Assembly: GCA_049720225.1 (NCBI GenBank)
Contig: JBNASD010000001.1
Location: forward strand, 293,217 to 357,216
Source of the DNA: Microgenomates group bacterium
Lineage (GTDB): Bacteria; Patescibacteriota; Microgenomatia; PFEM01; JBNASD01
Direction of reading: 5' to 3'
DNA: 64,000 nt
Shown here one piece after another: positions 27,915-37,427 of the stretch. The notes below the pieces were generated by a model that saw only the letters and a list, made by a program, of their open reading frames with translations, searched no databases and was not told the DNA's origin. The position numbers and the translations under genes were made by a program. How positions within the stretch are numbered: the stretch's first letter is position 1; each line of letters begins with the position of its first letter.

Positions 27915-29550
27915 CTAACTCCTCTGGCCAAAATGGTCGGCCATCATATTTTAATATAACTTTATCAACTTTAATCCCAAATGCAGGTAAAAGATTAGCT
28001 AACTGACCTAACAAATTGTTTTCCGCAACGATTATTTTTTCTACTCCCTTCAGTGCTTCTTTCATTTGTTTTTCAGGAAAGGGTTGAAGAATTACTGGTT
28101 GAACTAATTTTAACCCTTGTCTTTCGGCAACTTCTAAAGCTACTCCTTTTACTGAACCCCAAACAATTAAAGCTTTTTTACTTTCTTTATTTCCATAAAT
28201 ATTAACCGCTGGTAATTTTTCTAATGCTTTTTTCATTAAATTAAATTTTCTTAATCGCTTTTCCTGCATTTTTTTAATTAATTCTGCGTCTTCGGTGGCA
28301 ATTCCTTGTTCGGTATGTTCATAGCCTGTAACTTTTATTACTTTATCTTTTTCTCCCGGAAAGGCTAAGGGAGAAACTCCTTGGGGAGTATCTTGATACC
28401 GTAAGTAATTAGTTTGACTTTTTGCTAAAAGTGGGGGGCGAATTTTAATTTTCTTAAAAACTTCTTTATCTACGGAAAAGGTACTCTCGGAAATTTGTTT
28501 ATCTACTAATAAAATTACCGGCGTTTGATACTCCCACGCTAAATTTAGTCCTTCACCCGCCCAAAAACAAGCTTCTTCTCCATCTCCTGGAGCAATCACA
28601 AAACGTAAAAAATCACCGTGTCCTGCTCCCAACACAAAATTCAAATCTGATTGAGAAGTATAAGTAGGAACCCCGGTAGAAGGACCACCTCTTTGAGACT
28701 CAATAATTAATAATGGAATTTCCGCCTGAGCAGAAAAACTTAATCCCTCTGTCATTAAAGCAAAACCACCCCCAGAAGTTCCAACCGCCGTTCTTGCCCC
28801 AGCAAAACTTGCTCCCAAAGCGGCGTTAATTACCGCTATTTCACTTTCTAATTGAAATACCTTTAAATCTTTTTTCTCGGCTAAAAAATGTAAAATTCCT
28901 GTCGCTGGCGTCATTGGATAGGCAAAATAACAATCTAAACCCGCCTTTATCATCCCTAGACTAATTGCCTCATTGCCAGTAAGAAGAGCTGTTTCTTGAG
29001 AAGAAAAAACTTTAATCTTTTTTAATGGCTTCGAAGAATCAAAAGCTCTTTTAGCAATTTTAATATTTTTTTCTTCTGTTTCTCCCTTAAATTCTTCTTT
29101 TAAAATTTTTTCCAAAAATTCCCACCTAATTCCCAAAACCCTTCCCACTGCACCAATTAAGGCGGTATTTTTCATTAAAGGAATTCCTTTTTCCTCTTTT
29201 ACCCACTGTTCTAACGGCAAACCCAAACCGGAAAATTTTTCATTGACTACATTAATTACCGAAGAATCATATATCAAAATACCATTTTCCTTTAATTCTT
29301 TTTGATGGTAATCAATTGTTTTTCTATCAAGCGCTAAAAGTAAATCCAAAGAGGGAGAAACACTAAGAATTTTCTTTCTGCTTGCTCTAATTAAAGAAAA
29401 ATTATGCCCTCCTCGAATTAACGATTGATAATCATCATAAATAAAAATTCGATAGCCAATTGAAGAAAGAAGTTTCCCTAAAATTAATCCCGCTTTCCGG
29501 GAGCCTTGACCAGCTTCTCCACCAATAAGAAGAGTTAACTCCTCCATCAT
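27895..29550 (-). CDS. 2-oxoacid:ferredoxin oxidoreductase alpha subunit with gamma domain
   Basis: GGEAGQG, IRGGHN, YPMTPA, ESEIA, TSGGGFALM, QRGGPSTG. Confidence 0.92.
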   Translation of the reverse strand: MMEELTLLIGGEAGQGSRKAGLILGKLLSSIGYRIFIYDDYQSLIRGGHNFSLIRASRKKILSVSPSLDLLLALDRKTIDYHQKELKENGILIYDSSVINVVNEKFSGLGLPLEQWVKEEKGIPLMKNTALIGAVGRVLGIRWEFLEKILKEEFKGETEEKNIKIAKRAFDSSKPLKKIKVFSSQETALLTGNEAISLGMIKAGLDCYFAYPMTPATGILHFLAEKKDLKVFQLESEIAVINAALGASFAGARTAVGTSGGGFALMTEGLSFSAQAEIPLLIIESQRGGPSTGVPTYTSQSDLNFVLGAGHGDFLRFVIAPGDGEEACFWAGEGLNLAWEYQTPVILLVDKQISESTFSVDKEVFKKIKIRPPLLAKSQTNYLRYQDTPQGVSPLAFPGEKDKVIKVTGYEHTEQGIATEDAELIKKMQEKRLRKFNLMKKALEKLPAVNIYGNKESKKALIVWGSVKGVALEVAERQGLKLVQPVILQPFPEKQMKEALKGVEKIIVAENNLLGQLANLLPAFGIKVDKVILKYDGRPFWPEELDEQLRN

Positions 29551-29587
29551 TTTTAAATTTTACCCCATTTAAGATAAAATTAAAAGA

Positions 29588-30445
29588 ATGGTATCTTTAA
29601 AAGGAAAAATTCCCCTTTTAATTAAGGATTTAAATTTAAACCCTAATTTAGGGCAACATCTTTTAGTTGATGAAAAAATTATTGACCAAATTATCAATAT
29701 AATTCCCCCAAAATCTTTAGTTTTAGAAATTGGAGCAGGATGTGGGCAAATAACTCGAAAACTTCTTCAAAATCACTGCCAAGTAATTGCGGTAGAAATA
29801 GATAAAAAATTTGCTCCCTTTTTGGAAAAATTAAAAAAGAAATACAAAAAAAGATTAAAAATAGTTTATCAAGATATTTTAAAATTTAATTGGGAAAGTT
29901 TATCCTCTTCTAAAAATCTTTGGCTGACAGGAAGTCTTCCTTATCATATTACCGAACCTTTATTTCACAAATTAATATTTGTTCCTTTTAAAGAAGCAAT
30001 TTTTTTAGTCGGCGCAAGGTTTGCTTTTGAAACCCAATTAACCGAAGATTTCCAAAATTTCGGCAAATTAACTTTATTAATTCAAAGTTTTTTTAACCCT
30101 CAGGTAATTGAAAAAATTCCCAAAAATTCGTTTTTTCCCCAACCAAAAGTAAATTCTGCTATTTTAAGACTTACACCAAAAACCAAAAATGATTATCAGA
30201 AAAATCCTTTTTTAAAAATTTTCAAAGAACTTTTTCTTTCTGCTCCTCGAGGCCCGTTGATTAAAAATGCTTTACGGGAAACTTTAATTAGGCAGAAATT
30301 AGCTAAAACAAAAAAAGAAGCCAAAAAAATAATTAGTCAATTAAACTTACCTCAAGAAATCCTTCAAAAACCTCTTGAGCAGTTAAATAATCAACAGCTT
30401 TATCAACTCTATTATAGTTTAAGAAGCTTTTTGCAGAGGCTTTAA
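29588..30445 (+). CDS. rRNA adenine dimethylase (KsgA/Erm family)
   Basis: LGQHLL, LEIGAGCG, AVEID, GSLPY, FFPQPKVNS. Confidence 0.85.
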   Translation: MVSLKGKIPLLIKDLNLNPNLGQHLLVDEKIIDQIINIIPPKSLVLEIGAGCGQITRKLLQNHCQVIAVEIDKKFAPFLEKLKKKYKKRLKIVYQDILKFNWESLSSSKNLWLTGSLPYHITEPLFHKLIFVPFKEAIFLVGARFAFETQLTEDFQNFGKLTLLIQSFFNPQVIEKIPKNSFFPQPKVNSAILRLTPKTKNDYQKNPFLKIFKELFLSAPRGPLIKNALRETLIRQKLAKTKKEAKKIISQLNLPQEILQKPLEQLNNQQLYQLYYSLRSFLQRL

Positions 30446-30619
30446 AAACTCTTCTAAACTTAACCAAGGAGCTATTTTAAAAGCTTTTTCCCAAATTTTT
30501 TCTTTTTCTTCTTTGCTCTGAGCTTTGATATACAATTGCCGCAATTTTGCCAATTTTTTGGCTCTTTTATGTGATTGTTTTATTTTCATACTTCTTCTTT
30601 TTGGATCTTCTTTCCCCAT
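30419..30619 (-). CDS. Small basic protein (DUF6800-like)
   Basis: KRAKKLAKLRQLY...EEKEKI.EK..KIAP. Confidence 0.6.
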   Translation of the reverse strand: MGKEDPKRRSMKIKQSHKRAKKLAKLRQLYIKAQSKEEKEKIWEKAFKIAPWLSLEEFLKPLQKAS

Positions 30620-30641
30620 AGCTTAAAAATTATAATAAATT

Positions 30642-31736
30642 TTATTTATTTTTCAAGATGTTTACCGCTAAAAAGGTGGTAATGGGAACTGCCGAAATTA
30701 AGCCAATACTTCCTACTAACGTTCTTACCACTTCCTCGGCAATAATTTCGTAGTTAATTACCTGATAATAGGGCAAGGGATTATTCAAAAATAAAAGCAA
30801 TAAAGGTAAAGCAGCACCAGTGTAAACTAAAATTAAAGTATTTACCATTGAAGCAATATGATCCCGTCCTACACTCATCGACCGCCAAAAAATTTCTTTT
30901 TTAGAAATTTTGGGATTGATTTTTTTAAGTTGCTCTACAACCGCCGATTGAGAAACGGTAATATCGTCCAAAACCCCTAACGCTCCAATAATAATCCCCG
31001 CTAAAAGTAAACCTTTAATGTTTATTGTTCCTCCTTTAGCTACTTGTAAAAAACCTGCCTCTTCTGAGGCATAACCGGTTAATTTAGCAATATCAACAAA
31101 AATTTTTGCTAAATATCCGGTAATTAATAATGCCATAAAAGTTCCTAAAATTGCCACCGTTGTTTTTCTATTCACTCCATGAGAAAGATAAAATGTAAAG
31201 GGAATAATCAATAAAGAGCCTATTATAGCAATTAAAACTGGATCCTTTCCTAAAGAAATCTGAGGTAAAATATATTTAAAAATTACCAAAAAAGAAACTC
31301 CTAATCCTAAAAGAGAACTCAATCCCCGCCAATAACCAACCACTATTACTAAAATTAAAAAAATAATCCCTAACCAAATTAATGGTTTTCTTCTTATATA
31401 ATCCGTAATAAAAAATATGTCTTCTCCCGTCGGGTTTTTTGAATAGCTTAATAAAACTTCATCATCAACTTTATATTTTTGTTGGCTTATTAATGGAAGA
31501 TTACCTACTTCGATTTCTATTTCTTTTCCTTTTAAAGAACCTTTGGTGATTAAAATTTTTAATTTTTGATATAAATTTTTTTGTCCTTCTTGAAGAATAA
31601 CGTCTTCTTTTAAAATTTTTACTACTTTTCCTTCAAGAATTTCTTCTTTTAAATTTTCTCCATTCTGAGCAAAAATCCCTTTTTGACTTATTAAAATTAA
31701 AAATAACAAAATCAAAAAAATTGTTTTAATTTTCAT
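30642..31736 (-). CDS. YibE/F family membrane protein
   Basis: DYIR, GALGVLDDITVSQ, GRDHIASMVNTL. Confidence 0.9.
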   Translation of the reverse strand: MKIKTIFLILLFLILISQKGIFAQNGENLKEEILEGKVVKILKEDVILQEGQKNLYQKLKILITKGSLKGKEIEIEVGNLPLISQQKYKVDDEVLLSYSKNPTGEDIFFITDYIRRKPLIWLGIIFLILVIVVGYWRGLSSLLGLGVSFLVIFKYILPQISLGKDPVLIAIIGSLLIIPFTFYLSHGVNRKTTVAILGTFMALLITGYLAKIFVDIAKLTGYASEEAGFLQVAKGGTINIKGLLLAGIIIGALGVLDDITVSQSAVVEQLKKINPKISKKEIFWRSMSVGRDHIASMVNTLILVYTGAALPLLLLFLNNPLPYYQVINYEIIAEEVVRTLVGSIGLISAVPITTFLAVNILKNK

Positions 31737-32988
31737 TTTTTGTAATCTTAATTACCTTGCCAAAACCAATTGCTTGAGCAATTTTTTTAAGAGCAGTAAT
31801 AAAAGAAGCTTCTTTTAAATCAACCTGATATTTTTGACTGTTAATAAAAATTTCTTTAAATGATTTGGTTAATTTTCTTTTAAGCTCCCGGTTTACTTTT
31901 TCTTCACTCCACCGAACTTTATTTTTATTTTGTAACCATTCAAAATAAGAAACAACTACTCCTCCACCATTTGCTAAAATGTCCGGAAGAGAAACAATTT
32001 TTCTTTTTCTTAAAATTGGATAAGCATCCTCGGTTACTGGTCCATTTGCCATCTCAACAATTAATTTCGCAGAAATTTTATTAGCATTTTTAGAATTAAT
32101 TACATTTTCCAAAGCGGCGGGCACTAAAACTTCTACCGGAAGCTCTAATAATTCTTCATTAGAAATTACTTTTCCATTCGAAAAATTAATTACCGAACCG
32201 GTCTTTTCTTTTACAAGCATTACTTCTTCAGGATTTAAACCGTCAGGATTAAAAACTCCCCCCTTAGAATCAGAAATCGCCACAATTTTAAACCCGTTTT
32301 GATAGGCAATTTTGGCAAAATAATAACCCACATTCCCAAATCCTTGAACTGCCACTGTTTTGTATTTCTTTTTACTTTCCTTAAGAAAACTTTCCATTAC
32401 AATCACTCCTCCTCTTCCGGTTGCTTCGATTCTTCCCAGACTTCCTCCCTTTTTTAAAGATTTACCGGTAAAAGAAGCAGGTGATTTTCTCCCAATCACC
32501 CTTTCGTATTCATCTACCATCCAATCTATAACTTGACTATCTGTATTTACATCAGGAGCGGGAATATCGATATCTTCACCAATAAAAGGAGCAATTGTTC
32601 TTGCATAAACTCGGGAAAGTTTTTCTAATTCTCTTTTTGATAATTTTGTAGGATCAACAATTACTCCCCCTTTTCCTCCTCCAAAAGGTAATCCACACAC
32701 CGCACATTTTAAAGTCATTAAGGTAGAAAGAGCAATAACTTCTTCTCGAGAAACATTAGGATGGAATCTAATCCCTCCTTTATAGGGACCTAAAATATTA
32801 TTATGTTGACTCCGAAAACCAATAAAGGTTTTTAGTTTGCCGTTATCAAGTTTTACCGGGAGTTTTATCTCAATTACTCTATCAGGTTGAATAATAAATT
32901 CAATCTCCTCTTTACTTAAACCTATTTTTTTAGCGTTTTTTCCAATTAATTGCTGAACAGTATCTAACATTTTGTTATTGGTTTTCAT
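31726..32988 (-). CDS. gdhA: Glu/Leu/Phe/Val dehydrogenase, likely glutamate dehydrogenase
   Basis: GPYKGGIRFHP, GGGKGG, DIPAPDV, QGFGNVG, EMANGP, SYFEW. Confidence 0.88.
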   Translation of the reverse strand: MKTNNKMLDTVQQLIGKNAKKIGLSKEEIEFIIQPDRVIEIKLPVKLDNGKLKTFIGFRSQHNNILGPYKGGIRFHPNVSREEVIALSTLMTLKCAVCGLPFGGGKGGVIVDPTKLSKRELEKLSRVYARTIAPFIGEDIDIPAPDVNTDSQVIDWMVDEYERVIGRKSPASFTGKSLKKGGSLGRIEATGRGGVIVMESFLKESKKKYKTVAVQGFGNVGYYFAKIAYQNGFKIVAISDSKGGVFNPDGLNPEEVMLVKEKTGSVINFSNGKVISNEELLELPVEVLVPAALENVINSKNANKISAKLIVEMANGPVTEDAYPILRKRKIVSLPDILANGGGVVVSYFEWLQNKNKVRWSEEKVNRELKRKLTKSFKEIFINSQKYQVDLKEASFITALKKIAQAIGFGKVIKITKNEN

Positions 32989-32989
32989 T

Positions 32990-33348
32990 TTAATTTTCTT
33001 TTTTAATATTTTTAACTTCTGCTTTAGTAATTAATTTTAACCTAAAAGGAGAAATTTTAAATACAGAAAATCCATCACCAGCTGTTCCCCAAACTTCTGA
33101 GAATTTAAATAAATCTTCATCTTAGCTAGCTTCTTTTCATCAACCTGATTAATCCCACTTGTAATTACGAGAATAGGCATTCCCGAAGAAGTTTTAAAAA
33201 CAATAGATTTAGCAATTTGAGCTACTTGGCATCCTATCGCATGAGCAGCTTCCACTGCGGTTCGCGTTGAAGAAGGAAGAATAATTATTTTTAAGGGAAT
33301 CTTAAATTTTTTGACAAATCTTTTAAATTTTTTTACACCATCGCTCAT
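32990..33348 (-). pseudogene. YbaK/EbsC tRNA-editing family pseudogene (internal deletion plus frameshift)
   Basis: N-half TRTAVEAA..IGC..AQIAKSIVF...VDEKKLAK; second frame DEDLFKFSEVWGTAG...KISP...NIKKEN*; central GGxPP segment missing. Confidence 0.8.
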
Positions 33349-33377
33349 AGGTTTTATGATATACTGAATTATAAAGA

Positions 33378-33387
33378 AAGGAGGTGA
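33378..33387 (+). promoter_or_regulatory. Strong Shine-Dalgarno AAGGAGGTGA (same motif at 39750-39759 -, 42704-42713 +, 61820-61829 -, 62281-62290 -)
   Basis: Exact 10-mer 3-7 nt upstream of start codons. Confidence 0.8.
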
Positions 33388-33391
33388 GAAA

Positions 33392-33787
33392 ATGAAAGGT
33401 TACTATACCCATATCGAAGAAGCAACGGAAAATAATACTGATTACCGACGAGTCCTATATACTGGTAAATATTCCCAATTGGTGCTAATGAGTTTACAAC
33501 CAGGAGAAGAAATTGGGGAAGAAATCCATCCCGAAAACGACCAATTTTTCCGCTTTGAAGAGGGGGAAGGAAAAGTCATTATTGACGGTAATGAATATTT
33601 TGTCCACGATGGAGACGCAGTAGTGGTTCCTGCCGGCGCTAAACACAATGTCATCAATACCGGCAATGAACCATTAAAGCTTTATACTATTTATTCTCCA
33701 CCCCATCATCGCTATGATGTTGTTCGGGCAACTAAAGCGGAGGCAGAAGCAGATGCACCAGAATTTGATGGAACAACAAGTGAATAA
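33392..33787 (+). CDS. Cupin domain protein
   Basis: EIGEEIH...DQFFRFEEG...PAGAKHNV. Confidence 0.9.
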   Translation: MKGYYTHIEEATENNTDYRRVLYTGKYSQLVLMSLQPGEEIGEEIHPENDQFFRFEEGEGKVIIDGNEYFVHDGDAVVVPAGAKHNVINTGNEPLKLYTIYSPPHHRYDVVRATKAEAEADAPEFDGTTSE

Positions 33788-34099
33788 TTAAATTTTTAAC
33801 GGTTTTTGAGAAAGTTTAATAATTTTTTCAAAATTGTCATGGGGAGAAGTTTTGTTTGCTTTTCTAATTCCGCATTTTTGACAGCGGTGAATGATTTTCC
33901 ATTGGCCTTTTTTTTGAATTACCCCTAGTGGTTCCATTAAACCACCGCAATTTGCCTGTCTATCCCCAGGATTAATATCAACGTGTTTACTCCATAAACA
34001 CGAGGGACAATGATTAGTATAACCGGTTCCCCTAACTTTAATTCCACAAATTTCGCAAACAAAATCTTCTTTTCTTTTTTGAAATTTTTTGTTTTTCAC
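33788..34099 (-). CDS. RNHCP domain protein, second paralog
   Basis: FVCEICG, TNHCPSCLWSKHVD..PGDR..CGGLM, HRCQKCG; likely GTG start 34099. Confidence 0.88.
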   Translation of the reverse strand: MKNKKFQKRKEDFVCEICGIKVRGTGYTNHCPSCLWSKHVDINPGDRQANCGGLMEPLGVIQKKGQWKIIHRCQKCGIRKANKTSPHDNFEKIIKLSQKPLKI

Positions 34100-34103
34100 C
34101 TTA

Positions 34104-34119
34104 TGATAAAATTTTAACA
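34104..34119. promoter_or_regulatory. Near-palindromic bidirectional extended -10 element
   Basis: tgataaaattttaaca gives TGATAAAAT on + and TGTTAAAAT on - within a 21-nt divergent gap. Confidence 0.6.
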
Positions 34120-34120
34120 A

Positions 34121-34633
34121 ATGAGAGAAATCTTTCCTGGCAAAATGATTATTAATTTTTTAAACAAATTGGGAATTTTTCTTATAATTTTTCTCATCTT
34201 TTATTTTATTGGTTATTTCCTTCGGAAAATAATTAGAAAAAAACTCCTAGGCAAGCTTATTCAGAAAGAAATCATCACTTTTGTTTCTGATTTTATTTTT
34301 TATTTTTTTCTAATTTTAGGTTTGATTTTCTCTCTTACTAATATAGGGGTCAACACTAATGCTTTATTAGCAAGTTTAGGTTTAGGAGGATTCGCTATTG
34401 GTTTAGCTTTAAAAGATATTGTCGCTAATTTTGTTAGTGGACTTTTAATTATTTTAAGCAAAACTTTTAAAGTAGGTGATTATCTTAAAATCGGCAATAC
34501 AGAAGGAACAATAAAATCAATTAATCTTCGGCATACTGTTTTGGTAGACAATCAAAATCCAAAAACCCGGATTTTAATCCCCAATAGCAATATTTTCTCC
34601 TCCATCATTATTATCCAAAAGAAGAATTCCTAA
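34121..34633 (+). CDS. Short MscS-family mechanosensitive channel protein
   Basis: GFAIGLALKDIVANFVSG, FKVGD, INLRHT, IPNS; lacks C-terminal domain. Confidence 0.85.
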   Translation: MREIFPGKMIINFLNKLGIFLIIFLIFYFIGYFLRKIIRKKLLGKLIQKEIITFVSDFIFYFFLILGLIFSLTNIGVNTNALLASLGLGGFAIGLALKDIVANFVSGLLIILSKTFKVGDYLKIGNTEGTIKSINLRHTVLVDNQNPKTRILIPNSNIFSSIIIIQKKNS

Positions 34634-35410
34634 AGCTTGACCTATCTCTAAACCTAAAACATCAATGGTATCATGAGGTTGACCATTATGTTTTGCTAAT
34701 CGATGACGAAGAATTTCAGTAAACAAAGCGGTTCTTCGATAGATTTCCTCTAAAATAAATCCACTAATCCTCTCGTAAAAATTTTTTTCTCTCTTTAATC
34801 TGACACTTACTCCCGCCAGAACAGCGTGCCAAAAATGATAAGTATCTCCAGCAGGATCGTTTAATACTTTATTGTTATATCCAAAGGGAGCAACACAAGT
34901 TTTCCATTCTTCCATTTCTTCCTTAGAAATAACTAATCCCATTCTTGTTTCGTAATTACGGGCAGCAACCCGACAACCAGTTGCTAAAATTATAATCGCT
35001 TCTAAAAGATCTGAAGAAACCATTAGTGATTCTTTTAGTTGTTCTCTCAAAGTTAACGGCCTTCTTAAATTTTTAGAAACTTCGATAATCACTTTTATTA
35101 AAGAAACCGCTTTCGGAGAAAAAAATTCTTCAGGTAATTTTCCATTATGCTGGTCAGCAAAAGCGGTAAAATAAGCAAAAATTTCTCTTTTTCTAAATTT
35201 TAATTCTCCTAAAGGAATTTTTAAATTTTTAATCTCTCTTAATAATTCTTCTAAAAAATTTTCCGGTTCAGGATTATAAAAAATTCTTTTTCCATATTTT
35301 TCGTAATTTGGGAGTGGAGAAATTAATTCTTCTAATTCTGAAGGATATTCCCTTATTACTCCCGCCACTAATGGCGGAACAATATTCAATAACCTTTCTG
35401 CTCTATTCAT
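34574..35410 (-). CDS. Hypothetical protein
   Basis: 278-aa ORF; DPAGDTYHFWH motif; no family recognised. Confidence 0.7.
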   Translation of the reverse strand: MNRAERLLNIVPPLVAGVIREYPSELEELISPLPNYEKYGKRIFYNPEPENFLEELLREIKNLKIPLGELKFRKREIFAYFTAFADQHNGKLPEEFFSPKAVSLIKVIIEVSKNLRRPLTLREQLKESLMVSSDLLEAIIILATGCRVAARNYETRMGLVISKEEMEEWKTCVAPFGYNNKVLNDPAGDTYHFWHAVLAGVSVRLKREKNFYERISGFILEEIYRRTALFTEILRHRLAKHNGQPHDTIDVLGLEIGQALGILLLDNNDGGENIAIGD

Positions 35411-35419
35411 ATTAAATAA

Positions 35420-36328
35420 TTAAAAAGAAACAAAGAAGTAATCAAAATCATCTAACGGCCTGCGAAAAATTATTTCTAATTTTTCAACCTCTGCCAATAT
35501 TGGACCCTTTTTTAAATATTTTATAAACTCCTGAAGTTGATCCTCCTTTCCCTGAGCTAAAACTTCAACTGTTCCATCGGGAATATTTTTTACCCAACCT
35601 TTAATTCCTAACTTTTCGGCAATTCTTTTAGTAAAACGACGAAAACCTACTCCCTGCACAAACCCATAAATTTTTGCCCAAAATTCTAAAAAATCACTTT
35701 CTAAATCTTGAAAGGTTAATGCCTGATTTATAGAAAAATCATCGATTTTAGTTCTTTTTAAACTTTGAAGATATCCCCCACATCCTAATTTTTCTCCTAA
35801 ATCTTTCGCTAAAGAACGAACATAAACACCAGAACCGACTTCTGCTTTAATTTTTAAAATATTTTCTTTTAAATTTATAAACTCTAAATTGTAAATTTTA
35901 ACCTTTCGCGGTTTAATTTCAACCTTTTCTCCCCTTCTTATAAGTTTATAGGCAGGCTTTCCCTTTATTTTAATCGCCGAAAAAGGTGGTGGTTTTTGGT
36001 AAATTTCGCCAATAAAATTTTTAAGCGTTCTTTTTATTTCTTCTACACTTGGTAATTTATTTCCTTTTTTTGTTATTTTTCCCGTCAAATCATAAGTATC
36101 AGAAATCGCCCCCAAAAATATTTCCCCAATGTATGTTTTTTTACTTCCTTTTAAAAATTTTTCTAACTGTTTAGTATATTTTCCTATTCCTAAAATTAAA
36201 AGTCCTTCGGCAAAAGGATCTAATGTTCCTCCATGACCAACTTTTTTTCCTGTTTTTTTCTTAAAATAATTAGTAACTTGGGTAGAAGTTATTCCTTTTG
36301 GTTTATTAAATAAAACTAATCCCTCCAC
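35420..36328 (-). CDS. truB-acyP: tRNA pseudouridine-55 synthase TruB fused to acylphosphatase
   Basis: KPKGITS, VGHGGTLDP, PPPFSAIK, GVYVRSL; then GFVQGVGFR, GWVKNIPDGTVE, KKGP. Confidence 0.92.
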   Translation of the reverse strand: MEGLVLFNKPKGITSTQVTNYFKKKTGKKVGHGGTLDPFAEGLLILGIGKYTKQLEKFLKGSKKTYIGEIFLGAISDTYDLTGKITKKGNKLPSVEEIKRTLKNFIGEIYQKPPPFSAIKIKGKPAYKLIRRGEKVEIKPRKVKIYNLEFINLKENILKIKAEVGSGVYVRSLAKDLGEKLGCGGYLQSLKRTKIDDFSINQALTFQDLESDFLEFWAKIYGFVQGVGFRRFTKRIAEKLGIKGWVKNIPDGTVEVLAQGKEDQLQEFIKYLKKGPILAEVEKLEIIFRRPLDDFDYFFVSF

Positions 36329-36355
36329 TTTAATTAATTAAAATGATTAATTTAA

Positions 36356-36865
36356 TTATTTAAACTCTTCTTCGCAAACAATCTCTTGAAGATTTTTTCT
36401 AATTTTTGGCGATGGTTTATCGGCAGGATAACCTATTGGAAATAAAGCCACTACTTTATAACGAGAAGGAACTTTTAAAATTCTTTTTACTTCTTCTTGG
36501 TCAAAAGCACCAATCCAACAACTTGCCAATCCCAAAGCAGTTGCCGCTAACGCTATGTGTTCTCCGGCAATTCCTAAATCTAAACCATAAGCAGGCACTC
36601 CAGAAGACAAAATATGTTCAGGATCTAACGAAACCGCAACGATAATTACTGGTGCCTGTGCAATAAATAACTGACCCGCCGCTTCAGCAAGTGCTTGACG
36701 CTTATTTTTCTCCTTTACTACAATAAACTTCCATTCTTGTGCATTATGAGCAGAAGGAGCCAATCTCGCTGATTCCAGAATCTGGATTAATTTTCCTTCC
36801 TCTACCGGTTGGTTTTTATAATGCCGGCAGGAATAGCGCTTTTTTACTACTTCAAAGAAATCCAT
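36356..36865 (-). CDS. Nitroreductase
   Basis: RYSCR, APSAHNAQEW, GLASCWIG, IGYP. Confidence 0.92.
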   Translation of the reverse strand: MDFFEVVKKRYSCRHYKNQPVEEGKLIQILESARLAPSAHNAQEWKFIVVKEKNKRQALAEAAGQLFIAQAPVIIVAVSLDPEHILSSGVPAYGLDLGIAGEHIALAATALGLASCWIGAFDQEEVKRILKVPSRYKVVALFPIGYPADKPSPKIRKNLQEIVCEEEFK

Positions 36866-36869
36866 AAGA

Positions 36870-37427
36870 TTATTTCAAGGCTAAATCTCCTTTTAAAAAA
36901 TACTCGCCTATTTTTTTAACCTCTTCCATTACTTTAGCAATTTTTTCTTTTTCTTTCCACCAGTTATTTTTGGTAATTTTTCTTTCATCAACAACAGGAA
37001 CGATTAAAAGTTCTGAGTGAGGAAAAACTTGAGCAAACGTCATTTTTAATCTCCGAGCGTGATAAGGTTTACTTACTAATAAAATTCTTTTGTGGGGTAA
37101 TTTGAATTTTCTAATTAATTTTGCTGCTTCTACTGCATTTTCTTTTGTGTTAGTAGAATTGCCCTCTTTCAAGATATTTTTAGGCAACACTCCCAACTTA
37201 ATCGCAATTTCTGCTCCAAAATCACATTCTTTCTGGCTAATTCGTGGGTTGATATTTCCGGTAAATAAAATTTTTTTGGCAAACCCCTTTTTATAAAGAA
37301 ATACTGCCTTTTTATGAAGCTGGGGCATGCTCGTCCCCGGTACAATAATCAAATCAGCCTTTTTAGGCTTATCTTCTACAAAAATAAAATTAGTAATTAA
37401 TTGGATAATACTTAATCTTCGTTCCAT
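36870..37427 (-). CDS. YdcF/DUF218 family protein
   Basis: ADLIIVPG, ILFTG, STNTKENA, YHARR; start uncertain. Confidence 0.85.
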   Translation of the reverse strand: MERRLSIIQLITNFIFVEDKPKKADLIIVPGTSMPQLHKKAVFLYKKGFAKKILFTGNINPRISQKECDFGAEIAIKLGVLPKNILKEGNSTNTKENAVEAAKLIRKFKLPHKRILLVSKPYHARRLKMTFAQVFPHSELLIVPVVDERKITKNNWWKEKEKIAKVMEEVKKIGEYFLKGDLALK

